Numbered from the stretch's first letter, positions 1 through 12,475 are shown. The stretch is 64,000 bases of DNA from Ginglymostoma cirratum (GCA_024137785.1 JAHRHZ010000076.1:1646048-1710047); one strand, 5' to 3'. Translations and numbers: made by a program. The notes: a model not told the origin generated them from the sequence alone.

Positions 1-116
1 TAGGCCCGAAACGTCAACTTTTCCTGCTCCTATGATGCTGCTTGGCCTGCTGTGTTCATCCAGCCCCACGCCTTGTTATCTCGGATTCTCCAGCATCTGC
101 AGTACCTTTTATCTCT
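1..116 (+). mobile_element. Penelope-derived terminal-repeat (pLTR/hammerhead) module, cut by the window edge
   Basis: Begins TAGGCCCGAAACGTCA, the 3' half of the hammerhead motif. The rest is near-identical to 49298-49394 and to the reverse complement of 61805-61900. Confidence 0.8.
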
Positions 117-500
117 GGCATCCTGAATTACTGCTTCCTGTCAACTACATCTCAATATCCATTCAAGGTGAACAGAACTTTGACAATATGGCAGGAAACT
201 TTGCTGAAGGCAGAGGATCTGCCAATATTGCAGGGTAAGTGCAATGAACAGCTACACAATTTGAACACCTTACCATTGAATAGAGTGAAGGCTGAAGCCG
301 TACCTACAGCTGTTGAATCAAAAATGAATGCCAAAGTTTCAGAATTTTCAATAGGCAGCAAAGTATTTCTGAGAAGCTTCACATCGTATCGTTAGAAAAA
401 AGATCTTCAATCATGCATGAAGGAGAACTAAGGTCTTTGACATTGGTTCATGGGCACTTAAGTTTTAGGTAGCCTGGAAAGTACTCCATCTCTATTAGCA
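117..500 (+). pseudogene. Decayed retroviral/LTR-retroelement integrase C-terminal region
   Basis: ORF 42..395 ends EFSIGSKVFLRSF. Across stops and frameshifts it continues KDLQ..EGE.KVFDIGSWALKF.VAWKVLHL, resembling the FxxGDxVxxK..LxPRWEGPYxV..WxH pattern of integrase C-termini. Confidence 0.5.
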
Positions 501-3500
501 CAACATAGCTAGCTGCACAATGAGTCTGCTTCCAACAATATGCAAGAACATTAGGTCAACTTCATACGTGCAGATAAAATCTTGAAATTTCAAAATTAAT
601 GAAATACAACTGCAAGCACCTAAAGTACAAATACAACAAGCCAATATTAAAAGTTCAGAACTTATTAATCTTATAAATGAAAGCTGAAATCTTCAGTGGA
701 CTCTCATTAGCAAGCTACAGTATTACTCATTTCACTAAACAAGCAGAGGGCCAAACTGTCGTTTCTAAAGCTAAAGAAAGCTTTTTCAAGGCTTAAAGTC
801 CACCATCAAATGGAACTGAACATATTAGCATTAAACAAAAGTTGGATAAATTCAATTACCTAAACAAGTGATGAACTAAAAGTCGCATTATTGATTACTG
901 CACAACACCATCAAGAATGAAAAGATACTTAAATTTTCCATACGTCCTGTGCACAGTCTGCAATTGTTCCTAAGCAGTTAACAGAATAAAGTGTTGTGCT
1001 GGTGGTGGAAAATGTCACTCTTTGAAATATTTGGAGCTCAAAGACCACTGTGAATTCTTATCAGATTGTACTACAATCAAAGGACGATGACCTTACACTG
1101 GAAAAGAAATTATTGAATGGGAGAACAGAGGTCATCATTATGAGAAAGGAAATCCTCATGATTAACAAAGATCAGTTGCAAATCAATTGTGATTCTTTGG
1201 AGGAGCAATTGCAAATCAATGTGAAAGAACATACAGATCTAAAGATTTGAAACTCTAGCAAGTCCATACACTGAGCTGAGATTAAGACTAGCAAACAGAT
1301 TGGCACATTCTGAATATTCTGTTATTCTCCAAAGACTTCAAAATAAACATGTATTCATTTGATTTCCCTAACTGATATTCCAAAGAGTTCGACCCTATTC
1401 ATGGAAAATGACATATTTGCAATGCCCTGTGACGTCAGCACATTGATGATTGAGCTGAACTCCTCCGCAATCATGGTATATAAAATGTGTCTCAAAATAT
1501 AATTTTTCTCCTGCCCCTTAATAATTACATTTTCGTTAGCAGCTTCTGAGTAGCATCATCAGATTCCAACTGACCAGAGCTTTGAAAGGGCTGTACTCTC
1601 TGACATAAACTCTCCATCGCGGTCCGTCCTATCATTTGTGAACAGTGAGGCAAAAAGTGAAAGTCCAATTGTGTCCAACTGTTGCCTGCCTAAACAGTGG
1701 TGCATATTAAGATGAGCTCTGAGGTAATCCCCCTGAAGGATTCAGCTTGTCTGGGATACACCATCCAGGTGATCAAGCAACTACATGTGCAGATGTGAAG
1801 GTGACAAAGAATATGATTTATTAATGGTAAGCCTGATATCATTTATCATTTATGAGATAACCACATTTCACTTGCTGCTGCAGTAATGTGAATATGACCG
1901 AATATTATATGGTGAGCTGGATAATAATATTTTATTTCAGGTCGATGGCAGCAGATTTTGATTCGCCCACCTCTGATGGGAAGGATTGCCAAGATGCCAT
2001 TGATCTCCAGCATTTCTTTCTCTGACTGCCAGTTTTTCCTATTGTGTTCTACTCTGTCTTCTTCTTCAATGTCTGAATGAACAGATCCCCAGCATTTGTT
2101 TCCCTGATGGGTGGAGTATGTTTGGTGAGCGTGACTATTAGGGAGGTTCATTAAATTGTGTAATGATGAAAGTTAAGAAGCAATGCTGAATGGAAAGATG
2201 GGTTTGTGACTGAATATGGCAATGCTGGGTGCATTGGAAAGGTAAGTGATTGCAAAGGGTGATGCGAGGAGTAGATTTGATAGGGCAGAGTGGGAAGTAT
2301 ACAAGAGGATGTTGGCAAATGTATAATTGTGTTCTACTGTCTTGACCATTTATTAATAAAGCACCAAATTCAACTAAATGTGAGACCAAGCGGAGACCCG
2401 GACATCTGTCAACTGGGTCTACTGCATCTGCTGCTCCCAACGTGGCCTCCTCCACATCAGTGAGACCAAGCAGAGGCTCGGGGACTCGTTTTGTAGAGCA
2501 TCTGTGCTCTATAAATGACAATCAACAACACCTTCTGGTCGCCAACCATTCTAAATTCCTCTCCCACTCCCTGGGTGACATGTCCATCCTAGGCCTCCTC
2601 CAGAGTCACAATGACACGACCTGCAAACTGGAGGAGCAACACCTCATATTACACTTTGGGAGCCTACAGCCCAATGGCCTAAACATGGAATTCACCAGTT
2701 TTAAAATCTCCCCACCCTCCCGGCCTCATCCCATGTCCAGCCCTCCCTCTCATCCCCGCCTCCTTGATCTGACACAACCTGTCCATCTTCTCTCCCTCCT
2801 ATCTGCTCCTCCCACCTCACTGACCAATCCCCACCACTCTCTACCTGCACTCACCTTTCACCATCCCACCTGCCTTCCTTAGCCCCACTTCTCCCCTCTA
2901 TATTTATTTCTGAGCTCCCCTCCCTCTCCCCATTTCTGAAGAAGGGCGCTGACCCAAAATGTCAACTTTCTTGCTCCTCTGATGCTGCCTGGCCTGCTGT
3001 GTTCCTCCAGCTCCACACTGTGTTTCTCTGACTCCAGCATCTGCAGGTCTTGCTATTTCTAAATGATGTTGTGCTCCTGCTAACTTCCTGGGCCACCTTT
3101 ACACATTTTTTCTGTGTAGAAGCAACAAACTTCCTTCTTTTGCTGTGGGGAAAATCTAACCCTACACTGCCTCCAGTAGTACAACAGGGAGACATTAGAA
3201 ACCCTTAACTGAATGTTCTGATTTAGTATTTGATGACTGATGCTTACAATTTTCTTATTGCTTTCTCTGATCTGACCTCACCAACTCCACCGTTTCCATA
3301 TTTGAGTTTACCTTTTGAATATCTTGTTGAGATTGAGTCCCATGAGTCTGCACCCAGCAGATTGCAGCTCAAATGACAGCAAAGCCACAGACTGGTTGCA
3401 AACAGAAAAAGCGAAATCTGCACCTACATGTTAGTTTGTACTTTGTCAAGGCAGTACGTTCTATCAATTCATAATCTTGCCACTCTTAGTTTTTATTGCA

Positions 3501-4490
3501 GCATAAATAATGTTTTATGAATTGAAACACTCTTCCATGCAAGCCACCCTGAGCAGAGTCTTCCTGACATAATTCTCCTCTTTTACGTTGAATTCTGGTC
3601 AGGATGAGACCTCTGCTCATTTCCCTAAATCTGCCCCAGCTCTAAATAAATCACTGTCCCGAATTGAGGCCGGTTTTCTTGGTAAAAATCATGTGATCGA
3701 AAGGAAATCTACGGGCTTCAGAAAATCCTGACAGTCCTGCAATAAGCATACCATTGCTGCAGATTGAAGGATCTCAAAAAAAGCTGAAGTGCACAAAGAT
3801 CAGGTCACCTGTTCCACTGAAGTGCATTGCTACGGTGAGATCTTCACTAGATAAACGTATTGGATCAACTGGAGAGGCAGTCACACTTTCAGTGGGATAG
3901 AAACTCTAGATCTTTACCACCACTTCCCAGCGATATCTTCCAGATGATAGCCCAAATTCGGTCAATATGGTGAGCCAAAGAAAGCACTCATTACTCAATT
4001 TTCAGCTCAATTCTTACCCGGTATCTTATGAATGTTTACAGAGGAGAACCCCACTTCCAAATTCTGTCATTAAAGGGTGCTTTCCATCTTGCATTTTGTT
4101 GTGTGGTACTACCACTGTTGTAAATGATACGATTGTGGTAATCAATTTCCAACACTCCATGAGTTCCTGCATTAAGGTAAATGTTTATGTTCACGAAAAC
4201 GACCTATTGTTTCCTTACTGCCATCCAGAAGAAAAGAGACTTTCACCAGGCTGCTAACAAACTTGAAATAATCACTTTATTCTCCCTATTCTACTCTCAA
4301 ATATTCTTGGATCAAGGAAAAAAAACTGATTTACTTCTGAGCTATAATCCAGAATTAGAACAATATTACATTATAATCATTCAGACGTGTTAACAATGAC
4401 ACTGTGAGATGACATTTTAATGAAAAACAAAAGAAAGTTTAAGAAAAAACTCTTACTGATGAACAATCTGTGAAACAAAGGATCATCAAA
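501..4490 (+). pseudogene. Possible decayed env-like glycoprotein region downstream of the integrase relic (interrupted by PLE 2381-3058)
   Basis: Unique, complex sequence with Cys/Trp-rich partial frames, RMKR at 914-925 and KQKKR at 3400-3414. Many stops and frameshifts. Confidence 0.25.
2381..3058 (+). mobile_element. Penelope-like element 3' fragment (GIY-YIG endonuclease C-terminus plus pLTR)
   Basis: VYCICCSQRGLLHISETKQRLG...RFVEHL...KLEEQHLILHFGSLQPNGLN. Pyrimidine-rich 3' UTR, decayed hammerhead near 2936-2963, and TSD CTAAATG (2374-2380/3059-3065). Confidence 0.88.
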
Positions 4491-4492
4491 TA

Positions 4493-5375
4493 ATAGAACC
4501 ATACAGTACGAAGAGGCCCTTTGGCCCATTGAGTCCACACTGACAAAAACTATGCTAAATCTACACTAGTTTAATATTAGGTCCATAGCCTGGAACGTTC
4601 TTACATTTCAAATGCTCATTCAAGTATTTTTCAAAGGTTAAGGAGTTTTCCACCTCTTCTACCCTCCCAGAAAATGCATTAAAGATTCCCACCATCCTCT
4701 GGTTGAAAAAAAAGGTTTTCCTCAAATCTCCTTTAAATCTTCACCTTAAAATTATGCCCCTTGCTATTGCCCCTTATTTGATGGGAGCAGCTAATTTCTA
4801 TCCACCCTGTCCATACCCCTCATAATTTTATACAGCTCAATCAGGTCACCTTGAGCTTTCTCTGCTGTAAAGAAACTAACCCAAGTTTATCCAGACTCTC
4901 TTTATAGCAAAAGAACTCTTTTTCCAGGCAGCATCCTGGTAAATCTCCTTTGCATCCACTCCAGTACAATCACATCCTTCCTATAGTGTGGTGACCAGAA
5001 CTGTACATCGTATTCAGTTGTGGCGTAACTGAAGTCCTGTACAGCTCCAACATAACCTCTTTTCTCTTTCATCTATGCCTCAATTGATAAAGGCAAATGA
5101 TCTGCATGCCTTCTTAACTATCCTGCTATCTTCAAGATTCTGTAGGCAAGCACCCAAGATCTTTCTGTTCCTCTAAGCCTCCTCGTATCTTACCACTTAT
5201 TGAGCACTCACTTCCTTACTTGTTATAAGGGGTAGCAACTCACACTGTTTTAGTTTTAAATTCCATCTGCTACTAATCTGTCCACCTGTCCAATCCATCT
5301 ATAACATCCTGTAACGTAAGACCTTTGTTCTCATTGTCACCATCTGCCCAATCTTCGTGTCATCTACAAACATAT
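4493..5375 (-). mobile_element. CR1/HER1-type LINE 3' fragment
   Basis: Typical 3' end (atagaaccatacag...aggccctttggccca) and decayed RT C-terminal sequence homologous to 18687-19502. Confidence 0.8.
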
Positions 5376-6080
5376 TTTTCGTAGGATTGAGATTCACAAA
5401 CTTTCACAGTAAACCGAGTCTCCTATTGACAAAATCATATTACTAACTGTTGAGTGTTGATGGAAGATCTTTTAAACAAAGCTTCTGTTTAATCTGACAT
5501 TAAGCTGGATCCAAGTCCTTGGATAATAGATGCAGTTCAGAGTCTCTAGGTTTAGAAAGTAATTAAAATACTGAAATATTGAATTTATCAGGTTCTCAAA
5601 TTTCAACTAGGAGAAAGACAGGGAGCAAAGGATCTTACTGCCTTTTTGCTCTTTATTATTGCTGCTTCTTTCCCTATTGTTTTCTGACTCTTCAAGTGAT
5701 TAAAGCCAAAATCAAGTCCAGCCAGGGTTGCTTGGCAGCCATCAGTATTGAGACCACAAAGACTCTTCCAAAGACAGATGTTTCACCAATTAAGAACGAT
5801 AACCTTTGTTTAATAATAGAAAGTAGTCCAAAAACTTCAATATCTTGCAATTTTCTTTCCTGCTTAATCTGTTGATGTGTAAATTCCATATGTAGATATA
5901 CTCTATAATCTCGTGGCTCAGCACGTCCTTCAATTATCCATTACCATTTAACAAGATTCAATGAAAAATACAGCAATAAATGCAGAGGTAAGCTCCAGGC
6001 GTAGCCCAAATGCAGAACCAATCAGTTGAATCTGTAAAGCTGAGCTGTGTGATCCCAGAACTAAGTAATTAGATCAAAGC

Positions 6081-6800
6081 TTTTATTTTATTTATTTATT
6101 TATTGTAACGTGTACCTAAGCACAGTGAAAAGTTTTGTTTATAGTAGAACAGGCATAGTAAGCAAGGACAGACAGATCATAGGGTGAAAAAAAAACTTTG
6201 AAGCATACAGGTTACGTCGCACAGGGTGTGCTCTAGGCAAGATCAACCTTAGCAAGATCAGAATTATTTCAAGTTAGAGAGTCCATTCATTAGTCCAATA
6301 ATCGTCCGGAAGAAGCTGTTCCTGAACCTGTTGGTGCGTGTGTTCAAGCTTCCGTATGTTATGCCTGATGGAAGAGATTGTAGGAGATCATTACCAGGGT
6401 GCAATGGATAATTGACGATGTTGGCAGCCTTTCCGCAGCAACGAGCCATGTGAATGGAGTCCATGGATGGAAGGTTGGTTTCTGTGAAGATCTGGGCTGT
6501 AAACACAACCTTCTGTAGTTCCTTATGGTCGTGGGCAGAGCAATTACCATTCCAAGCCATTATGCACCCGGACAGTGTACCTTCAATGGTGCATCTGTAG
6601 AAGTTGGTGAGGGCTGTTATGGACATGCAAAATTTCCTGAGCCACCTGAGGAATAAGAGCATTGCTGTGCTTTCTTGAACGTTGGATCTATATGGGAAGT
6701 CTAAGACAGATTGTCGGTTATCTTTACATCAAGGAACTTGACGCTTTTCAACCGCAGCTCCGTTGATGTAGATGGGGGTGTGTTCTTCTCCTTTCTTGTC
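6081..6800 (-). mobile_element. Rex1/Babar-type LINE 3' fragment (RT C-terminal region)
   Basis: ORF 6264..6662: LFLRWLRKF...LTNFYRCTIEGTLSGCIMAWNGNC...RTNRFRNSFF. (TTTA)n tail at about 6081-6103. Confidence 0.85.
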
Positions 6801-7004
6801 AAATCTGTCACATCAGGTCATGAATAAGCAAAATTAAGCAAAAATCAGGAGGTTGAATGTGTGACCCCAGATTGTGAATCCAAAAGACAAAACTAAAGGT
6901 TCAGCTAGAATTTCTCAGATCCCCATTATTACAGATACATCATCATGATTTAAATCACTCTACATGTCATAAAGAAGTCAAAACCTCCAAAGTTTTCTTT
7001 GGCA

Positions 7005-7270
7005 AAACATTTCCAACCTGCTAAACCTACCACCAAGAAATATATGGATGGAAGAGGCGTAGGAAAACTAACACTTCCAAGTTCCCCTCAGTGTCATGCA
7101 GCATTCTGACATAGAGACATAAAGGCATTCTTACATAGTCACTCAGTCAAAATACTGGAATTGCCTGCCTTAGAGCATTGTGAGAACACCTACACCACAT
7201 GTATTCTAGTCATTCAAGAACTTTCACCAGTTTCTCAATGACAGTGAGAGTTGAGGAAAATGTCCAAACT
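7005..7270 (+). mobile_element. Old 3' fragment of the CR1-group LINE family also at 17640-20065 and 29150-31125
   Basis: Diverged similarity to 12190-12470 and to the reverse complement of 29160-29450. Confidence 0.55.
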
Positions 7271-7814
7271 TTCCATACATACACTCTGTGACTGAGTACT
7301 GTAATAACTAGCAGCTTCAATATACATATATGACTTAATTGAAGAATAACAAGGGCAAAAGGGTATGAATACAATAGATCTCCCACTGTTAGACATACAT
7401 CAATTCTAAATATAATTCCGATATGCTTAGAATTCCATTTTATCCAAGTAGAAGCATCACCTTTATTGGCAAATAATTCATGGTGTTATCAAAAGCCACG
7501 CACATCGACAATGAGCTGCTTCTATTCAGAGGCCTCCTAAACTCATGAAGGTTTGACAGTTATATTGTCCTTGCATAAAATTCAGAGAGGGAGTAGAGAA
7601 CAGGTTATAACCATTTGGTTTATTTTCAACTCTAACATGAATATGTGTTGACACAAACACAGCTCTTGCAAAAAACCAGGACTATTGTGACATCTTTATT
7701 ACTGTCCATGCTCTATAATGTCTCCAGTCTAGAAATCTATTAATCGGAAACACCAGATGTCCAGAATTATTGTCAACAGATCATGGCATCATTTTGCACA
7801 TTTTCTTAGAGAGT

Positions 7815-8185
7815 GCAAAAATTAAAAATGCAGTTTTTGGTTAAGTAATTCAATTTTTAATGATTGCTTTGTGACATTTCCTTAATGTTTTGATAATTGA
7901 TCATAAGCAGCAAAGGAACAGAGGGAAAAAAAATCGACAGAACTGTCGATACTGTGAATCAGGAACAAAAACAAAGTTGCTGGAAAAGCTCAGCAGGTCT
8001 GGCAGCATCTGTGAAGGAAGAACGGAGTTAATGTTTGGGATCCAGTGACCCTTTCTCAGAACTAAAAGGAACAGAGGATCTCCTTTGTTGATTATGGTCA
8101 ATTATCAAAACTGGAAATGTCACAAAACAATCATTAAAAATTGATTTACTTAACTAAAAACTGCAGTTTCAATTTTCATTTTTTG
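7815..8185. repeat. Foldback/MITE-like hairpin with ~100-bp inverted arms
   Basis: 7815-7917 is an imperfect reverse complement of 8081-8185, e.g. caatttttaatgattgctttgtgacatttcc vs ggaaatgtcacaaaacaatcattaaaaattg. Confidence 0.85.
7925..8064 (-). mobile_element. Short PLE-derived hammerhead module inserted at the hairpin apex
   Basis: Minus strand reads agttCTGAGAAagggtcactggatcccAAACATTaact. 13-bp TSD AAAGGAACAGAGG (7912-7924/8065-8077). Confidence 0.85.
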
Positions 8186-8812
8186 TCCACGTTGGAGAAA
8201 GACAATTAGTTACATATACAGAGAAGCCCCACCCAGCTAGAATGGTGTGAGGAAGCAGTTATCACAACTCATACAGGGCTTAAAACTAACCCATTTGAAT
8301 CATTCAGCTTTATAGTATAGCCATCTCACCAACTGAGTGAACCAACCCTTATTTTAGGTCAATTCCCATATCAATGTTGTTTTCTGATTCACATACTTGT
8401 AGTTAGGCTAACATTATTCCATAATCCAGAAAATTCCTAACACAACATAGGGAAATTATTGTGTCCTTCTAATGCAGATATATAGTGAATATATAATACA
8501 TGGTGAAATCTATCTGGTCCGTAATTTCTTTAAAAGCAGTAAATTTTTTTTAGATTAAAGCTGAAAAATTGGAAATTATCATTTGTGATCTTCAGTCTCC
8601 TTTCAAAAAATTATTTCTCACTTGTTGAAATTAGCCTTAGATATTCATTCATTAGCGAATATTGGCCATTATGCTAGCAAAGGCATAACCTAACTTGAAA
8701 TCTCAGAAAGTTGGGCTGAAGATCGTGCAACTGTGCTAAGAAAATTTAGGCTCACAATTTGGAAATTGACACATCATGCCCTGGAAGAAATTTTCTCAGC
8801 AAACCTTAAGCC

Positions 8813-9152
8813 GTAAGACCATAAGGTTTAGGAGCAGAGTAAGGCCATTTGGCTCATTGAGTCTGTTCCACTATTTGATCATGGCTGATAAGTTTCTCAA
8901 CCTCATTCTCCTGTCTTCTCCCCATAACCTTTGATTCCCTTAGTAATCAAGAGCCAATCTAGGTCCATCTTAAATACACTCAATAACTTGGCAATAAGTT
9001 CTGTAGATTCACCATCTTCTGTTTGAAGAAATTCCTCCTTGCCTCAGTTTTAAAGGATTGTCCCTCCACTCTGAGGCTGTGCCTTTGGCTGCTAGTCCTT
9101 CTGACTAGTGGAAACATCTTATTTATGTGCACTCTATCCAGGCTTCTCAGTT
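8813..9152 (-). mobile_element. CR1-type LINE 3' end
   Basis: taagaccataag tail. Minus frame HSLRVEGQSFKTEARRNFFKQKMVNLQN matches the CR1 RT C-terminus. Confidence 0.85.
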
Positions 9153-9242
9153 TTCTAGTATTACTAATATTTCCGACGGTAGTATTCCAACAGTCACATT
9201 GCAAGAAAAGCCTGCAAAGATGAGAAACGTACTCACGTAATT

Positions 9243-9367
9243 TTTGTCATCTAATTAAGGGTTTTTAAAAAATTCAAGTGTGAATTTTGTTCAATGTGCC
9301 AAAATGTGTATTGGAGGTCAAGAGACTTGAAATCCTGTTCTGTGTATTTACACACGTATTCTGTTGT
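9243..9367 (+). repeat. Left copy of a ~125-bp inverted repeat pair (partner 11412-11535)
   Basis: tgtgaattttgttca...tggaggtcaagaga...tattctgtt recurs in reverse complement at 11412-11535. Confidence 0.75.
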
Positions 9368-9565
9368 ACTTTTTTAGGGTTCCTAAGAGAATAGACTGAA
9401 AAGGTTAATATTTATTTTAATATTTTTGAAAAAAACAAAATGATATATCTGAGATATCTTAACTTCCTTTTGTATGTTTCTGCAGGCAACTGAGTACAGA
9501 ATTCAAACTTTGATGCATCAAGTACCAGTGGTAAAACAGTACATCTAAATTGTCATCTGACACGT

Positions 9566-10070
9566 AGAGTCATAGAGTCATACAGTATGGAAACAGACCC
9601 TTCAGATCAACTTGTCTATGCCAAGCAGACATCCCAATCTGACCTAGTCCTACTCATATACCCATCCAGATGCCTTTTAAATGTTGTAATTGTACCAGCC
9701 TCCATCACTTCCTCTAGAAACTTGTTCCACAAATGCATCACCCTCTCCGTGAAAAAAGCTGCCGCTTATGCCCCCTTTAAATCTTTGCCTCAGACCTTAA
9801 ACCTATGCCCTCTAGTTTTGGACTCCCCCAAACAAGAAAAAAGACCTTAGCTAGTCATCCTGTCCATGCCCTCATGATTTTATAAGCCTCTAGAAGGTCA
9901 CCCCTTAGCCTCCTCTGCTCCAAGGAAATAAGCCCCAACCTATTCACCCTCTCCCTATAACTCAAACCCTTCAGTTCTGCCAACATCCTGTAATTTTTTT
10001 TCTGCATCTTCTCAAGTCCAACTACATCCTCTCAATAGAAGGGTGACTAGAATTGTATACAGTATTCTAC
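9566..10070 (-). mobile_element. CR1/HER1-type LINE 3' fragment
   Basis: (tagagtca)n tail and atggaaacagacccttc. Homologous to 41920-42632 and 55988-56533. Confidence 0.85.
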
Positions 10071-10289
10071 ATTAATAAACTTGCTCCATCATCTTTCATT
10101 TTATTTCTTATTGTACTTTGATTTGCTTTTATTATTAAAAATTAAAAAGAACTGTAATGAAGGATAATGTGCTCGACCTTTCTGTTAAAATAACAGTGAG
10201 GTTAATAATGTTCACTATTGTTTATTTGTTTATCTATTATTATCACAACATAGCAAATGACAAATTTGAATGAAATAAAAGTTTGTAAT

Positions 10290-10505
10290 TATGGTCATGA
10301 AACCTTTGTCAATTGTTAAAAAAGAAACCAGCTGATTCACTAATGTCTTTTTGGGAACAAAAGGGTAGTCCTTAACAGGTCTGGCCTACATGTGACTCGA
10401 GTTCCATAGCAATGAGGTTGACACTTAGTTGTCCTCTGGGCAATTACGGCTGGAGAATAAATGTTTGCCTGCTCAGCCAAACACCATCCCGTGAATGAAT
10501 ATTTT
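10290..10505 (+). mobile_element. Partial tRNA-headed SINE (family of 22396-22755)
   Basis: gattcactaatgtc...ggtctggcctacatgtgactc...aataaatg...gtgaatgaat matches the SINE body and tail. Confidence 0.75.
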
Positions 10506-10740
10506 AAAAATTACAAATGATTTAATAAAGTCAAATGATGGACAGATGCACTGCTGAAGTCCAAAATTTGTATGTTGTTGCTTGATTCCCCTGCCTTTAC
10601 TTTCAGCATTACAAAGTCAGCATCTCATTGACTGGTTCACCATTGAAATGCATTGAATAGTGTGACATTGCAGTATCTGCTCAGCTTATGCAGAAAAAAA
10701 AATGATCAAAGCAAGCTAAGTCAGCCTATTTAAACCTAAG

Positions 10741-10873
10741 TTCTGAGGAAGGGTCACCAGACCCAAAATGTTAACTCTGATTTCTCTTCACAGATGTTGG
10801 CAGACCTGTTCTGTATTTCCAGCAATTTCTGCTTTTGTTTCTGATTGACAGCATCTGCAGCTGTGTTGCTTTT
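10741..10873 (+). mobile_element. Short PLE-derived hammerhead module
   Basis: ttCTGAGGAagggtcaccagacccAAAATGTTaac. Imperfect TSD tatttaaacctaag/tattcaagtctaag. Confidence 0.8.
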
Positions 10874-11411
10874 TATTCAAGTCTAAGTATCCTTTTAACT
10901 GTGTTCATTATCAATTAATGTCAATCAAAGTTTCTGACACCGATAGTGAACACAAGTATAGTGTTTCAATCCATCAGGTATCAATTGTTACGAAAGGTTT
11001 TTTAAAAAGTGTTTTTTTTTTCAACTTCTCTTTTCGGCCCATTTTCTGTCTTTTAATCCAATCCTTCCTTCCCACTCTTTGGTCTGGATTTTTGCCTCTA
11101 AAGTTGGAAGATTGAGTTGAGAAATCTGTTTCCATGGAAACAGTCCTGGCATTCACAATTTTCACTCTGGGATCGTGTGAGAGTACAATAAATTGAGAAC
11201 AACCACTTCTGAGAGAAAAGAAATGGTTAGATACCTTAGCCCGGTCACTTAACCTCTCTCATCCATTCACTGACACCTTTCTCTATGTCACCTGCAATGT
11301 TCCTTCATGCTCCAATGCAACATCTAGGCCTCCTCATGGCTCCCATGTCATCAAAATGTCAGCTCATACCTCCTGCCAACTCCGTAGCTGCTCATCAGGA
11401 TCCTCTATGTC

Positions 11412-11535
11412 TAACAGAATAAGTATGCAAATATGTAAAAAAAGATTTTAAATCTCTTGACCTCCAAAACACATACTTTCACATGAACAAAATTCACAGA
11501 CCCAATTTGTGGTGAAAGCCCAAATCAAAGACAAC
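11412..11535 (-). repeat. Right copy of the inverted repeat pair (partner 9243-9367)
   Basis: Reverse complement aligns with 9243-9367. Confidence 0.75.
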
Positions 11536-11759
11536 TGATCATTTTTAATATCCTCCTAAAAATGGCAATTAAATTGTGAACTCAGCTCTCCTGCTAAGAT
11601 GAATGGGTTTTTGAGCATTTGAAACTCAGCTAAGCATTCCTAATGAGCTCAACTGTGATAATAACGCATGGAAAATACCAAAAATGAAGTATGTTGAAAA
11701 TGTAGGAATGGATGGTGAATTTATTTCAGTGCTAAGTCACAATACTGTGCATAAGTGGT

Positions 11760-12475
11760 AGCCATGCCCATCTCTAACAAATGAGATACTGACCATTTCT
11801 CCTTGAATATTCAATGGCAATATCATTGCTGAAGCCCCCACTGTCAACATCCTGGGGTTACCATTCAGAAATTACAGTACTGGATGAGCTATATAAGTGG
11901 AGAACAAAGGGTGGGAATGATGTGTTAAGTACTCACTTCCTGTCTCCCCAGAGTATGTCCACCCTCTACAAGACATGAATCAGAAGTGTGATGGAATAAT
12001 TTGCCTGTACGGCAGCAGCTCAAACAACATTCAAAATGCTCAATGCTATCTAGGACAGCAGAGTCTGCTTGATTCACACCCCTTATATAGACTTCAAATT
12101 CAGTCATCACTGTTGCCCCACTGTGGCAGCAGTGTGCACCATATATACGATGCTCTGCAGCAGTTCAGCCAGGCTTCTATAACACCATCTTCCAAACTCA
12201 TGACTCGTACCACCCAGAAGAGCAAGTACAGCAGAAGTACATGAATACCACCACCTGTAAGGTCCCCTTCAAATCAAATTCCTGGCTTGGAACTATATCA
12301 CTGCTCCTTCACTGTGGTGGGGTCGATATTCCCGAATATCACTGTGACAAAACTTACACCTCAAGGACTACAATCAGGAATGCAGTTCACCACCATATTT
12401 TCAAAGGCAATTCAGGATGTACAATAAACACAATTCTATCCAGCAAAACCAAAATCCCACGGACCAATGAGAAAA
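11760..12475 (+). mobile_element. CR1-group LINE 3' fragment (family of 17640-20065)
   Basis: Decayed RT C-terminus, the reverse-complement homologue of 29160-29900, and tail ggcaattcaggatgtacaataaac. Confidence 0.75.

Noticed and set aside
3907-3950. Minus-strand GLSSGRYRWEVVVK resembling the B30.2/SPRY motif
   Set aside because: An immediate stop follows, there is no downstream SPRY sequence and no exon context; probably chance.
9486-9530. Candidate 45-nt exon (tttctgcag...gtaaaa; ATEYRIQTLMHQVPV)
   Set aside because: Weak donor, no recognisable protein and no partner exons.
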